From Candidatus Latescibacterota bacterium (GTDB lineage: Bacteria; Latescibacterota; UBA2968; GCA-2709665), in NCBI GenBank assembly GCA_965248435.1, contig OZ252100.1:4160001-4224000 (forward strand): a stretch of 64,000 nt of DNA. The letters run 5' to 3'. The translations under genes were made by a program, and so were the position numbers. Below, in pieces: positions 1-9,201 of this stretch (its first letter is position 1; each line of letters opens with the position of its first letter). The notes under the pieces are model-generated. The model was not told where the DNA came from, ran no database searches, and worked only from the letters and a program-made list of their open reading frames with translations.

Positions 1-793
1 CCAGACCCAGCCAGCGATTGATCTCGAGGGTGTCGAAGACCCGCGGCGCAATCACGAAGGGCCGTCCCAGCTCGGCTTCGATCGCCGTCACCCGCTCGCG
101 GGTCTTGCGCATGAAGTCGGTCATCGCGTCGAGATGCCGCTGTTCGACCGGCTTCCGGTCCAGGGTCGGTTTGAAGTAGGCGGGCCACCGCCAGAAGTCC
201 AGCTCTATGCCGTCGATGTCGTAGTCTCTGCAGAGCTCTTCGATGATCGCGAGGCGCTGGTCGTGCACCGCCTCGTGCTCCCAGTCGAGCGCGGACCACA
301 TGACCCTGGTCAGATCGTCGTCGGATTGGCCCATGCCGCGTTCGCCCAGACACAGCTCTGGATGCTCCCGCTTCCATTTGGACCAGAACTGCGGCCGCCA
401 CGAGTCCTTGGGCATGTTCATGCGGTAGCTGGGGAATACCTCCAGGCTGTGCTTGCGACAGAATTCGATGACCACGCCCAGTGGATCCGTCCCCCGGTCG
501 ATAAACTCCTTGATGTTGCGCCACGTCAGCGCCATGCCTTCCAGATCGGGCTTTGGGGCCCCGGGAACCGGATGCTGGCCGTAGATCTCGCCCGCCTTCG
601 TATCGTAACGGTAGACTTCTGCGCCGGAAACGCTCCACCAGACGCTGTCCACCTGTGTTCCGGCCACGTGGTTTAGCCGCTCCGCGAGAAACCCCTCCGG
701 CGTGCTCGATGTTTCGCGGTGAAGGTATCCCGCGTCGTCGTTGAAGATGATGCGACGCTGGCGGTGTATGGCTTGATGTCTATCGATGCTCAT
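1..793 (-). CDS. GHL10-like glycosyl hydrolase paralog 1 (partial, runs off window start)
   Basis: Not in ORF track. Manual translation from ATG at 793 gives MSIDRHQAIHRQRRIIFNDD...WSALDWEHEAV...DGIELDFWRWP, colinear with the next four ORFs. Confidence 0.85.
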   Translation of the reverse strand, partial: MSIDRHQAIHRQRRIIFNDDAGYLHRETSSTPEGFLAERLNHVAGTQVDSVWWSVSGAEVYRYDTKAGEIYGQHPVPGAPKPDLEGMALTWRNIKEFIDRGTDPLGVVIEFCRKHSLEVFPSYRMNMPKDSWRPQFWSKWKREHPELCLGERGMGQSDDDLTRVMWSALDWEHEAVHDQRLAIIEELCRDYDIDGIELDFWRWPAYFKPTLDRKPVEQRHLDAMTDFMRKTRERVTAIEAELGRPFVIAPRVFDTLEINRWLGL

Positions 794-835
794 GGCGTGA
801 TTCTCTTAGCCGTGATGATAAAAGAAGCTATGCCT

Positions 836-925
836 GACCACAGACCACGGACCACAGACGGCTAAGACATGGGACATCACGCTATTCAATCCTGCGGTCC
901 GCGGTCTGTTGTCCGCCGTCTGCAT
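836..925. repeat. Intergenic heptamer-built inverted-repeat element, copy A
   Basis: gaccaca-gaccacg-gaccaca-gacgg arm, central tcacgctattca, arm gcggtcc-gcggtct-gttgtcc-gccgtct-gcat abutting the paralog 2 stop codon. Confidence 0.7.
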
Positions 926-926
926 T

Positions 927-2498
927 TCATTGATAGCTGATGAAGAGCTCCAGGCCGGTGAGATCCACGGGTCCTGCGAGACCCGATGCACGAGCGCCCA
1001 GGGTGAGCTCGACCTTGTTTTCGCCCTTTGTCAGGCTGGGTTCGACAGGAACGTCAGTGAAGAGTCTAAACACCGTGAATTCGAGACTCCCGACGTTGCT
1101 CCCCCTCCACTCACGGGTTTCCACCCCTCTTTTTGCCCAGGGATTTTCAGTCGGTACGGGCTGAGAGCGCCGTGGGACAAGACCGTTGACTTTAGCGGTC
1201 AGCTCGTCCTGATAGGGATTGAAGTTCGTCAACGACAGCCGAAGTTTGATTTCGGCCAGACTGTCTTCGGACCAAGCTTGCTTGACGTCGTCGCCGATCA
1301 CGAGCTTTGCCGTCGCATGCGATCCTTCCTCCAACCGCACTGGCAGGAGACCGGGAGCACATCCGTTCCGGAGACAGACGGAATTGACGGAGTGATTCAT
1401 CACGTAATGCTTGTCTCTCCGCGCGATCAGCTCGGGGTCTCCGATTTCCTTGATGGGCTCCAGGTGCCGGGGAAGTCTCAGGTTGAAGGTGTAGATGCCG
1501 TCCGCACCGGAACTGAAGTAGTGCGTCGCGACGGCCCTGTCGAATTCCACACCGGTGGAGCGATACAAACAGGGGTAGAAGGGCACATCATATTTGTGAG
1601 CCAGATCGGCCCATTCGGAGACGGGGAAAGAGTAGTAGGTATAGCTCCCTCCCACGACCAGGACGTCAAGGAGGCCTTCTTCTAGCCAGGTCTCCACGTC
1701 CAGGCCCATCCTGCGGTTGATCTCTGTCGTGTCGAAGACGCGGGGCGCAATCACGATGGGCCGTCCCCGTTCGGCTTCGATCTCCGTCACCCGCTCGCGG
1801 GTCTTGCGCATGAAGTCGGTCACCATGTCGATGTGCTTCTGCTCAACGGGCTCGTGATAAAGGGTTGGTTTGAACAGGATCGGCCAGCGCCAGAAGTCCA
1901 GCTCCATGCCGTCGACCTCGTACCGGCTGCAGACGTCGTCGATCAGAGACAGGCGCTGGTCACGCACGGCCTCGTGTTCCCAATCCAATGCCGACCAGCA
2001 GAGTCGTTCCTCTTCATTGTCGCTGTTCTCTCCCATTCCACGCTCGCCCAGGCAGTACTCGGGGTGCTCCCGCTTCCACCTGGAGTGGAAGTCGCGCCGC
2101 CAGGAGTCCTGGATCATGTTGATTCGGAAGCTCGCGAAGACTTCCCTGCCGACACCGTGACCCCAGTCGACGACGAACTTCAAGGGATCGGTCCCTCTGG
2201 CCATCATGGCTTTGACGTTGTCGTACTGGATATTCAGCCTTTCGAGCTCGCTCTTCGGCGCTCCGGGATAGGGTGCACTGCCCACAATATCGCCTACGCG
2301 GGTGTCGTAGAGGAGGAGGTCCGCATTCTTGTTGAAGCTCCACCAGATACTGTCAACCTGGGTGTCCAGGATGTGGCCGAGCCGGCTGTCGAGAAATCCC
2401 TCCTCGGTGTGCGCCTTCGGGTCGTGAACGACGCCGGCATCGTCGTTGAAGATGATGCGACGTCGCCTGTGTATGGCTTCGTGTCTATCGATGCTCAT
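927..2498 (-). CDS. GHL10-like glycosyl hydrolase paralog 2
   Basis: 523 aa; RRIIFNDD, FASFRINM, DGMELDFWRWP, GADGIYTFN motifs of a TIM-barrel GH-like domain plus a C-terminal beta-rich domain; AAGGA RBS; no signal peptide. Confidence 0.8.
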   Translation of the reverse strand: MSIDRHEAIHRRRRIIFNDDAGVVHDPKAHTEEGFLDSRLGHILDTQVDSIWWSFNKNADLLLYDTRVGDIVGSAPYPGAPKSELERLNIQYDNVKAMMARGTDPLKFVVDWGHGVGREVFASFRINMIQDSWRRDFHSRWKREHPEYCLGERGMGENSDNEEERLCWSALDWEHEAVRDQRLSLIDDVCSRYEVDGMELDFWRWPILFKPTLYHEPVEQKHIDMVTDFMRKTRERVTEIEAERGRPIVIAPRVFDTTEINRRMGLDVETWLEEGLLDVLVVGGSYTYYSFPVSEWADLAHKYDVPFYPCLYRSTGVEFDRAVATHYFSSGADGIYTFNLRLPRHLEPIKEIGDPELIARRDKHYVMNHSVNSVCLRNGCAPGLLPVRLEEGSHATAKLVIGDDVKQAWSEDSLAEIKLRLSLTNFNPYQDELTAKVNGLVPRRSQPVPTENPWAKRGVETREWRGSNVGSLEFTVFRLFTDVPVEPSLTKGENKVELTLGARASGLAGPVDLTGLELFISYQ

Positions 2499-2592
2499 GG
2501 AGTGATCCTTCTAGTGATATCGTGGATCGTCGTTCGTGAATCGAGACCTAACCCCCCGGCCCCCGGCTGCCATATCAAAATCGGTTGTGCTT

Positions 2593-2676
2593 GACCGCAG
2601 ACTACGGACGGCTAGAAGACCTGAAATATCGAGTTATTCATCCTGCGGTCCACTGTCCGCCGTTCGCCGTCCGCAT
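2593..2676. repeat. Intergenic heptamer-built inverted-repeat element, copy B
   Basis: gaccgca-gactacg-gacgg ... gttattcatcctgcggtcc ... gccgtccgcat abutting the paralog 3 stop codon. Confidence 0.7.
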
Positions 2677-4245
2677 CTATCGATACCGGATGAAGAGCTC
2701 GACGCCGACAAGATCGACCGGTCCGGTCAACCCGGAGGTGCGCGGTCTCAGGGTTACATCGATGCTGTTTTCGCCCTTTGTCACGGTTGGTTCAACAGGT
2801 ATGTCGGTGTAGATCGTAAACACCGTGAATTCGAGACTGCGGACCCGATCCTCGATGCCCTTCCACTCGGGAGCCGAGCCCCTCACGGTCCAGGGATTCT
2901 CAGGTTCTACGGGTCGAGGTCGCCGCAGCTCACGGCCATTGAGTACGGCAGTCACTTCGTCCTGATACGGGTCGAAGTTGGTCAGCGATAGACGGAGTCT
3001 CAGCTCCATCAGGGCATCTTCGTCCGCGGCCGCCTGCACGTCGTCTCCGATGAGGAGCTTCGCCGTAGTGGGCCTGTCCTCCTCCATCCGAACGGGCAGG
3101 AGACCCGGCGCGCAGCCGTTCCGGAGGCACACGGACTTCGACGAATGGTTCATCACGTAGTGCTTGTTTCTTCTGTCGATGAGCTGAGGGTCTCCGATCT
3201 CCTTGATGGGCGGGACGTGCCTGGGAAGTTTGAAGTTGAAGGTGTAGACACCATCCGAGCCGCAGCTGAAGTGGTAGGACGTGACTGCCCGGTCCTGCTC
3301 GACCGTCGTGGACCGATACAGGCAGACGTAGAGCGGCACGTCGTATCTGTGGGCCAGTTCGGCCCATTCGGAAACGGAGATGGAGTAGTAGGTGTAGTCG
3401 CCGCCCACGACCAGGATGTCCAGCAGGCCCTCTTCCAGCCAGGTCTCCACGTCCAGGCCCATGCGACGATTGACCTCGAGTGTGTCGAAGACCCGCGGGG
3501 CAAGCAGCAGGGGCCGCCCCCGCTCGGACTCGATCTCCATCATCCGGCTGCGTACGCGGCGCATGAAGTCGGTCATCACGTCTAGATGCCGCTGCTCGAC
3601 CGGCTTCTGCTCCAGGGTCGGCTTGAAGAGGATGGGCCAGCGCCAGAAGTCCAGCTCCATGCCGTCCACATCGTAGCCGGAGCATACCTCCTCGATCACC
3701 GCCAGGCGCTGATCGCGCACGGCCTCGTGTTCCCAGTCGAGTGCAGACCAGCAAAGGTGCAGGTCATCGTTGTCGCTGTTTACGTAGCTGCCCCGCTCAC
3801 CGAGGCAGAACTCGGGATGCTCGCGCTTCCATTTCGTCCTGAAGCTCCGCTGCCAGGTGTCCTGTATCATGTTCATTCTGTAGCTGGCGAACATCTCCAG
3901 GCCGTGCTTCCGGCAGAAGTCGAGGACGACGCGAAGGGTGTCGGTGTCCCGGTCGAGGAGTGCCTTGATGTTGCGCCAGTGGACGGTCTCTTCGCCGGGC
4001 TTCCGAACACCGGGCCACGGACCGCTGTCGGCAATCTCACCGACCTTCGTGTCGTAGAGAAGGACGTCGGCGCCGCCCACGAAGCTGAGCCAGACACTAT
4101 CGACCTGAGTGTCGATCACGTGGTCGAGCCGGTGGGAAAGGTAGGCCTCTGGTGTGGTCGATCTTTCCTGACCGATCGCCTCATTGTCGTCGTTAAAGAT
4201 GATGCGACGGCGCCTGTGGATGGCTTCGTGTCTATCGATGCTCAC
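2677..4245 (-). CDS. GHL10-like glycosyl hydrolase paralog 3
   Basis: 522 aa, GTG start, same motifs as paralog 2. Confidence 0.8.
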   Translation of the reverse strand: MSIDRHEAIHRRRRIIFNDDNEAIGQERSTTPEAYLSHRLDHVIDTQVDSVWLSFVGGADVLLYDTKVGEIADSGPWPGVRKPGEETVHWRNIKALLDRDTDTLRVVLDFCRKHGLEMFASYRMNMIQDTWQRSFRTKWKREHPEFCLGERGSYVNSDNDDLHLCWSALDWEHEAVRDQRLAVIEEVCSGYDVDGMELDFWRWPILFKPTLEQKPVEQRHLDVMTDFMRRVRSRMMEIESERGRPLLLAPRVFDTLEVNRRMGLDVETWLEEGLLDILVVGGDYTYYSISVSEWAELAHRYDVPLYVCLYRSTTVEQDRAVTSYHFSCGSDGVYTFNFKLPRHVPPIKEIGDPQLIDRRNKHYVMNHSSKSVCLRNGCAPGLLPVRMEEDRPTTAKLLIGDDVQAAADEDALMELRLRLSLTNFDPYQDEVTAVLNGRELRRPRPVEPENPWTVRGSAPEWKGIEDRVRSLEFTVFTIYTDIPVEPTVTKGENSIDVTLRPRTSGLTGPVDLVGVELFIRYR

Positions 4246-4302
4246 GGCGTGATCCTGCTATGGAAGAATGTATCTCGTCCTAGGAAACTCGGGGACCACA
4301 TT

Positions 4303-5838
4303 TTATCGATACTTGATGAATAACTCGACGCGTACGACGTCGACGGGCTTGTGCGCGTAGGGCGACCGGCGCACGAGCGTTACTTCCACCGCGTTGTGGC
4401 CCTGTGATACCGGAGGCTCGCGACGGACATCGGTGTGTATCGTGTAGACAGGGAACTGCAACACGCAGTCATTTTCTACGATCTCGGTCTTCCTCGGGCG
4501 CTTCATCTTTCGCCCGTTGAGCTTGACCGTGACCTCGTCTTCCTCGGGATCGAAGTGGGATAGCGACAGGTGCACGTCGAGGGTGAACAGCGTATCATTC
4601 AACGCGGCCTGCTGCACGTCGTCACCGATGACGAAGGAGACGGTCCGCGGCTCGCCTTCCGCGAGGCGCGCTGGCAGCGGACTCGGTGCGCACCCGCGCG
4701 CCCAGATCGGGTCGTCCTCCTCAGCCTTGAAGAGTCCGGCGAACACGTAGTGCTTTTCCATGGTCGCGATCAGGTCGGGTTCGCCGATCTCGCTGATCAT
4801 CTGCAGGTCCTTCGGCATCTTCACGTTGAAGGTGTAGACGCCCGCCGCGCCCTGCGTGCGAAAATTCGTCGCCACGGCGCGGTCCTGTTCGGGACTCGTG
4901 GACCGGTACTTGCACGGATAGACCGGCACGTCGTGCGGCCGCGCCAGCTCGACCCAGTCGGATACCGGGATTCGGTTCTCACCGTAGGATCCGCCGACGA
5001 CAAGGAGGTCGATCAGCCCCTCATTCAACCAGGTTTCGACGTCTATGCCGGCACGGAGGTTGGTCTCGATCGTCTCGAACACGCGCGGCGCCAGGAGCAG
5101 GGGGTGGCCCTTATCCTCCTCGATCGCCGTCATGCGCGCACGAAGCTGCCGCATGAAGTCGTTCATGATATCGATATGCCGCTGCTCGACCGGCAGGTTG
5201 TCGAGGTTGGGCTTGAAGAGCATCGGCCATCGCCAGAAGTCCAGCTCCACGCCGTCCACGTCGTAGTTCGCGCAGATCTCCTCCATCACGGCCAGACGCC
5301 GGTCGCGAACGGCCTGATGCTCGTAGTCCAGGGCGGACCAGAACCATTTGCGCGGGTCATCATGCTCGCCGTACTCGTAGCTGCCACGAACACCGAGGCA
5401 GAGCTCGGGATGGTCGCGCTTCCATTGCGTCCTGCAGTTTGGCCACCAGGAGTCCTGGATCATGTTCGTTCGGAAGCTGGCGAGCACCTCCAGGTCGTGC
5501 TTTCTGCAGAAATCGATGACCAGCTGGAGGGGATCGGTTCCCTGTTCGATAAGCATCCTGAGGTTGCGTCCGATCACGGACTCCTCGCCCGGCTTCCGAA
5601 CGCCGGGCCACTCCCCGCTGTCGGCGACCTCGCCGACCTTCGTGTTGTAGAGGAGATTGTCGGAGCTGGTCATGATGCTGATCCAGACGCTGTCCACGTG
5701 CGTGTCGATCACGTGGTCGAGCCGGTAGGAATAATAGCCCTCGGGCGTCGTGGCTGTCTCCTGGTGGATGGGGGCGTTGTCGTCGTTGAAGATGACGCGA
5801 CGAGGTCTATGTATGGCTTTCTTTCGGTCGATGCTCAC
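4303..5838 (-). CDS. GHL10-like glycosyl hydrolase paralog 4
   Basis: 511 aa, GTG start with GGAGG RBS, same motifs; most divergent C-terminal half. Confidence 0.8.
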   Translation of the reverse strand: MSIDRKKAIHRPRRVIFNDDNAPIHQETATTPEGYYSYRLDHVIDTHVDSVWISIMTSSDNLLYNTKVGEVADSGEWPGVRKPGEESVIGRNLRMLIEQGTDPLQLVIDFCRKHDLEVLASFRTNMIQDSWWPNCRTQWKRDHPELCLGVRGSYEYGEHDDPRKWFWSALDYEHQAVRDRRLAVMEEICANYDVDGVELDFWRWPMLFKPNLDNLPVEQRHIDIMNDFMRQLRARMTAIEEDKGHPLLLAPRVFETIETNLRAGIDVETWLNEGLIDLLVVGGSYGENRIPVSDWVELARPHDVPVYPCKYRSTSPEQDRAVATNFRTQGAAGVYTFNVKMPKDLQMISEIGEPDLIATMEKHYVFAGLFKAEEDDPIWARGCAPSPLPARLAEGEPRTVSFVIGDDVQQAALNDTLFTLDVHLSLSHFDPEEDEVTVKLNGRKMKRPRKTEIVENDCVLQFPVYTIHTDVRREPPVSQGHNAVEVTLVRRSPYAHKPVDVVRVELFIKYR

Positions 5839-5885
5839 TGCGTGATCCTCCTAGCCGTGATGATAAGTAAAGGAGAGCTATGTTC

Positions 5886-5963
5886 GACCGCAGACGACGG
5901 ACCGCGGACCGCCAAACCCGAATCACGTTATTCATCTCGCGGTCTGCCGTCCGCCGTCGGCAT
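5886..5963. repeat. Intergenic heptamer-built inverted-repeat element, copy C
   Basis: gaccgca-gacgacg-gaccgcg-gaccgcc ... tcacgttattcat ... gcggtct-gccgtcc-gccgtcg-gcat abutting the paralog 5 stop codon. Confidence 0.7.
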
Positions 5964-7532
5964 CTATTGATAGCGAATGAATAGCTCCAGCCCGACGAGG
6001 TCCACCGGGCCGGTGAAGCCGGAGACGCGCGGACCCAGATTCAGGTCGATGCTGTTTTCTCCCTTCGTCACGTTGGGTTCAATCGAGATGTCAGACATGA
6101 TGTTGAACAGCGGGAAATCCAGACACCGGACGCGGTCCTCTATCCCGGACCATTCTCCCCCTGCCTTGCCCCGCTGAGCCCAGGGATTCTCGGTCGACAC
6201 GGGCCGGGGCCGACGAAGCTCGCGACCGTTGACCCTGACGGTGACCTCGTCCCGGTTCGGGTCGAAGTTCGTGAGGGAGAGGCGAAGCCGGAGTTCCGAC
6301 AGGGCGCCTTCGGAGGCGGCCTCCTGTACGTCATCACTGTTGATGAGCGTAGCCTGTGTCTTAGAACTCTCCTCGAGCCGCACCGGCAGGAGGCCCGGCG
6401 CGCATCCGTTACCCAGAACGCCCCCTCCCTGTGCGTGATCCATCACGTAATGTTTGTCCTTTCGTGCGATCAGGTCGAGGTCGCCGATTTCTTTAACGGT
6501 CTGGAGGGCCCCCGGGAGCCTGACGTTGAAGGTGTAGATGCCGTCAGCGCCGCAGTCGTAATAATGAGTGGCGAGGGCGCGGTCGAATTCCACGCCGGTA
6601 GACCGATACATGCAGGGGTAGAGGGGCACGTCGTACTTGCGGGCAAGGTCGGACCACTCCCGGAGGGGGATCGAGTAGTTGGTGTAGTGACCCCCGACGA
6701 CGAGGATGTCGAGGAGACCTTCTTCGAGCCAGGTCTCGACGTCCAGGCCCAGCCTGCGATTGATCTCCAGCGTATCGAACAGGTGGGGGGCGAGCAACAG
6801 GGGTCGTCCACGCCCTGACTCGACTTCCGTCACCATACTACGTGCGCGGCGCATGAAGTCTGTCATCGCGTCGAGATGCCGCTGCTCGACCGGCTTCTGC
6901 ACCAGTGTGGGCTTGAAGTAGGCGGGCCACCGCCAGAAGTCCAGCTCCACGCCGTCGACATCGTACTGGCAGAGTTCCTCGAGGATTCCGAACCGATAGT
7001 CGCGCACGGCCTCGTGCTCGTAGTCGAGTGCGGACCAGCAGTTCCGCAGGTCGTCATTGTCGCTGTTCTCGTATGCGCCCCTTTCGCCAAGACAATACTC
7101 GGGGTGCTCTCGCTTGAACCGGGTGCCGAAGGCGGGCCTCCACGAGTCCTGGATCATGTTTAAGCGGTAGCTGGCGAACACTTCTCTGCCAACGCCGTGG
7201 CCCCAGTCGACGACGAACTTGAGCGGGTCGCCGCCCCGGTCCATGAAGGCCTTGATGTTTCGCCAGACCGTGGCGAATCTCTTCAGGTCAGCCTTGGGCG
7301 CGCCTGGAATGGGATCTTTTCCGCCCACGTCACCGACCTTGCTGTCGAACTTGAGGTGGTCCGCGCCGGTCATGATCGACCACCAGATGCTGTCGATCTG
7401 TGTATCCAGGATGTGGCCGAGCGGCGAGGCGAGCAGCCCTGCCTCGGTATGCCCGCTCGGGTCATTCATAGTTGCGGAGTCGTCGTTGAGGATGATGCGA
7501 CGTCTGCGGTGTATGGCTTCTCGTCTATCCAA
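5964..7532 (-). CDS. GHL10-like glycosyl hydrolase paralog 5 (first gene of the array)
   Basis: ORF 5964..7652; homology to paralogs begins at in-frame TTG 7532 (DRREAIHRRRRIILNDD) behind AGAAGGA. Confidence 0.8.
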   Translation of the reverse strand: MDRREAIHRRRRIILNDDSATMNDPSGHTEAGLLASPLGHILDTQIDSIWWSIMTGADHLKFDSKVGDVGGKDPIPGAPKADLKRFATVWRNIKAFMDRGGDPLKFVVDWGHGVGREVFASYRLNMIQDSWRPAFGTRFKREHPEYCLGERGAYENSDNDDLRNCWSALDYEHEAVRDYRFGILEELCQYDVDGVELDFWRWPAYFKPTLVQKPVEQRHLDAMTDFMRRARSMVTEVESGRGRPLLLAPHLFDTLEINRRLGLDVETWLEEGLLDILVVGGHYTNYSIPLREWSDLARKYDVPLYPCMYRSTGVEFDRALATHYYDCGADGIYTFNVRLPGALQTVKEIGDLDLIARKDKHYVMDHAQGGGVLGNGCAPGLLPVRLEESSKTQATLINSDDVQEAASEGALSELRLRLSLTNFDPNRDEVTVRVNGRELRRPRPVSTENPWAQRGKAGGEWSGIEDRVRCLDFPLFNIMSDISIEPNVTKGENSIDLNLGPRVSGFTGPVDLVGLELFIRYQ

Positions 7533-7588
7533 GATTACTTGATCCTTCTGGCAATACCGTTGATCGTCGTTCGTCGTTCGTCGATCGC

Positions 7589-7629
7589 AAACAAAACGGG
7601 GTCGTGTCGCTGGGACACAACCCCTCGTT
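7589..7629 (-). terminator. Intrinsic terminator-like hairpin in the leader of the GH array
   Basis: Minus strand GGGGTTGTGTC-ccagc-GACACGACCCC followed by GTTTTGTTT. Confidence 0.6.
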
Positions 7630-7726
7630 CTTGTATGAAAGGCGGGACTCACATCCGGGATTTTGAGTCGACAGTACCACCTTCCCCTCCCTTACGAATC
7701 GACACAAGGCGCCCTATTTCTGCGCC

Positions 7727-7755
7727 AAGATAGGGGGTTGGCCGGGTGGAATCAA
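7727..7755 (-). promoter_or_regulatory. Putative sigma-70 promoter for the GH array leader
   Basis: TTGATT-17 bp-TATCTT on minus strand. Confidence 0.45.
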
Positions 7756-7806
7756 CTCAAATCGGGGAGCGTCAGAAGGGTTATATTAATCATGTAGGAG
7801 GTCAAA

Positions 7807-9201
7807 ATGAGACGCGGAACGTATTTCACGGAGGATCAAATGCCGATAGATGTTGTGGTGGAACCCGAGAAGGAGGTCCCTGTCGCATATGACGTGGACG
7901 TGGTTGTGGCCGGAAGCGGCGTGGCCGGCTGTTTTGCCGCGATCGCCTCCGCGCGGCGCGGAGTGGAGACCCTGCTGGTCGACCGATTCGCCTATCCGGG
8001 CGGGAACATGGGACCCGGGATGATTGCCGGCGGCAGCCTCACCGGCGGTGCGTTCAAACATCTGAACGGGGGGTTCACGGGCATCCCAAGGGAGTTCATC
8101 CAGCGCCACGTCGAACTGGGCGGCGGCACCGTGCCCGAGTCACCCAACCTGGGAGATCTGCCCCCTTCACCCCATCCAGGAGATTACGCGAAGGACTCGG
8201 GGATCGTTTCCTACACCCTTCTGAAGATGCTCGAGGAGGCCGGAGTCCGATGCCTGTTTTCGACCTTCATCGCTGATCCTATCGTGGAGGACGACAGGGT
8301 CTGCGGTCTCTTCGTGGAGAACAAATCTGGTCGGCGGGCGGTACGGGCGAAGGTGGTCGTGGACGCGACGGGGGAGGCGGATGTGGTCATGCGTGCCGGC
8401 GCGGCCATGATCTATCCTGAATCCTACTACGCCGACATCGACGGACACTGTCCGGGGGGATCGGGCATCTGCTACGTGATCGCCGGGGTCGACCAGGATC
8501 GTTACGAAGCCTACGTGGAGGAAGCGGAGGCGAGCGGCAAGGACCCGGAGGTCGGGCGTGGGGGATGGACCTGCCGAGGAGGAGTCGTGGTCACTCGAAC
8601 GGGGCCCCCGCGGCGCGACCATCAGGACGGTACGTATGCCCACGATGCCGAGAAGCTGACGCGGGACGAGATCGCGATGCGCACGGAGATTTTCGAGACC
8701 GTGCAGCGCTGGAAGGAGGGTGTAGCAGGCTTCGAGGATGCATACCTGGTGTCGATCGCGCCCTACATGGGATCGAGAGGCGGTCCCTGCATCAAAGGCG
8801 TCTACACCTTGGGCCCGGCGGACATGCTGGCCGGACGGCGCTTCGATGACGTCTTGCTCATGTTCACCACCCGGGGCTGTTTCGACGCAGAGGATCCGGA
8901 ACGGAAGGTGGATGCGCCCTGGACCGACTTTCCCTACCGGATTCTGATCCCCGAGAAGCTGGACGGTCTGTTGACCGCGGGTCGGAGCTCGTCCAGCATT
9001 CCGGACACGCTGGTGCGGGGCCGGATGATGGTGATGCACCAGGGACAGGTCGGCGGGACTGCTGCTGCGCTGACCGTGAAGCAGGATGTAACGCCGAGAC
9101 AGCTGGATGTGAAGGTGCTTCAACAGGCGCTGCTCGACGAGGGTTTCTACCTGGGTGACGATGACAGGCTGGAAGAACTCGGACTCAAAGCCTCTTCCTA
9201 A
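7807..9201 (+). CDS. FAD-dependent oxidoreductase (FAD_oxidored-like family)
   Basis: DVVVAGSGVAG dinucleotide-binding motif, VVDATGEADV, PYRILIP..LLTAGRS; AGGAGG RBS; alternative start 7840. Confidence 0.85.
   Translation: MRRGTYFTEDQMPIDVVVEPEKEVPVAYDVDVVVAGSGVAGCFAAIASARRGVETLLVDRFAYPGGNMGPGMIAGGSLTGGAFKHLNGGFTGIPREFIQRHVELGGGTVPESPNLGDLPPSPHPGDYAKDSGIVSYTLLKMLEEAGVRCLFSTFIADPIVEDDRVCGLFVENKSGRRAVRAKVVVDATGEADVVMRAGAAMIYPESYYADIDGHCPGGSGICYVIAGVDQDRYEAYVEEAEASGKDPEVGRGGWTCRGGVVVTRTGPPRRDHQDGTYAHDAEKLTRDEIAMRTEIFETVQRWKEGVAGFEDAYLVSIAPYMGSRGGPCIKGVYTLGPADMLAGRRFDDVLLMFTTRGCFDAEDPERKVDAPWTDFPYRILIPEKLDGLLTAGRSSSSIPDTLVRGRMMVMHQGQVGGTAAALTVKQDVTPRQLDVKVLQQALLDEGFYLGDDDRLEELGLKASS

Noticed and set aside
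794-5963. Intergenic elements as integron attC sites or CRISPR repeats
   Set aside because: No RYYYAAC/GTTRRRY cores, no integrase or cas genes, no repeat-spacer periodicity; the flanked genes are all paralogs
7122-7140. 17/19 match to the tRNA-Leu 3' end (ggtgccgaaggcgggcctc), possible att site
   Set aside because: Lies inside a coding segment colinear with all paralogs and no integrase is present; treated as coincidence
134-7733. Long plus-strand ORFs opposite the GH array (e.g. 909..1685, 4570..5970)
   Set aside because: Antisense shadows of GC-rich coding genes; they resemble each other only because the real genes are paralogs
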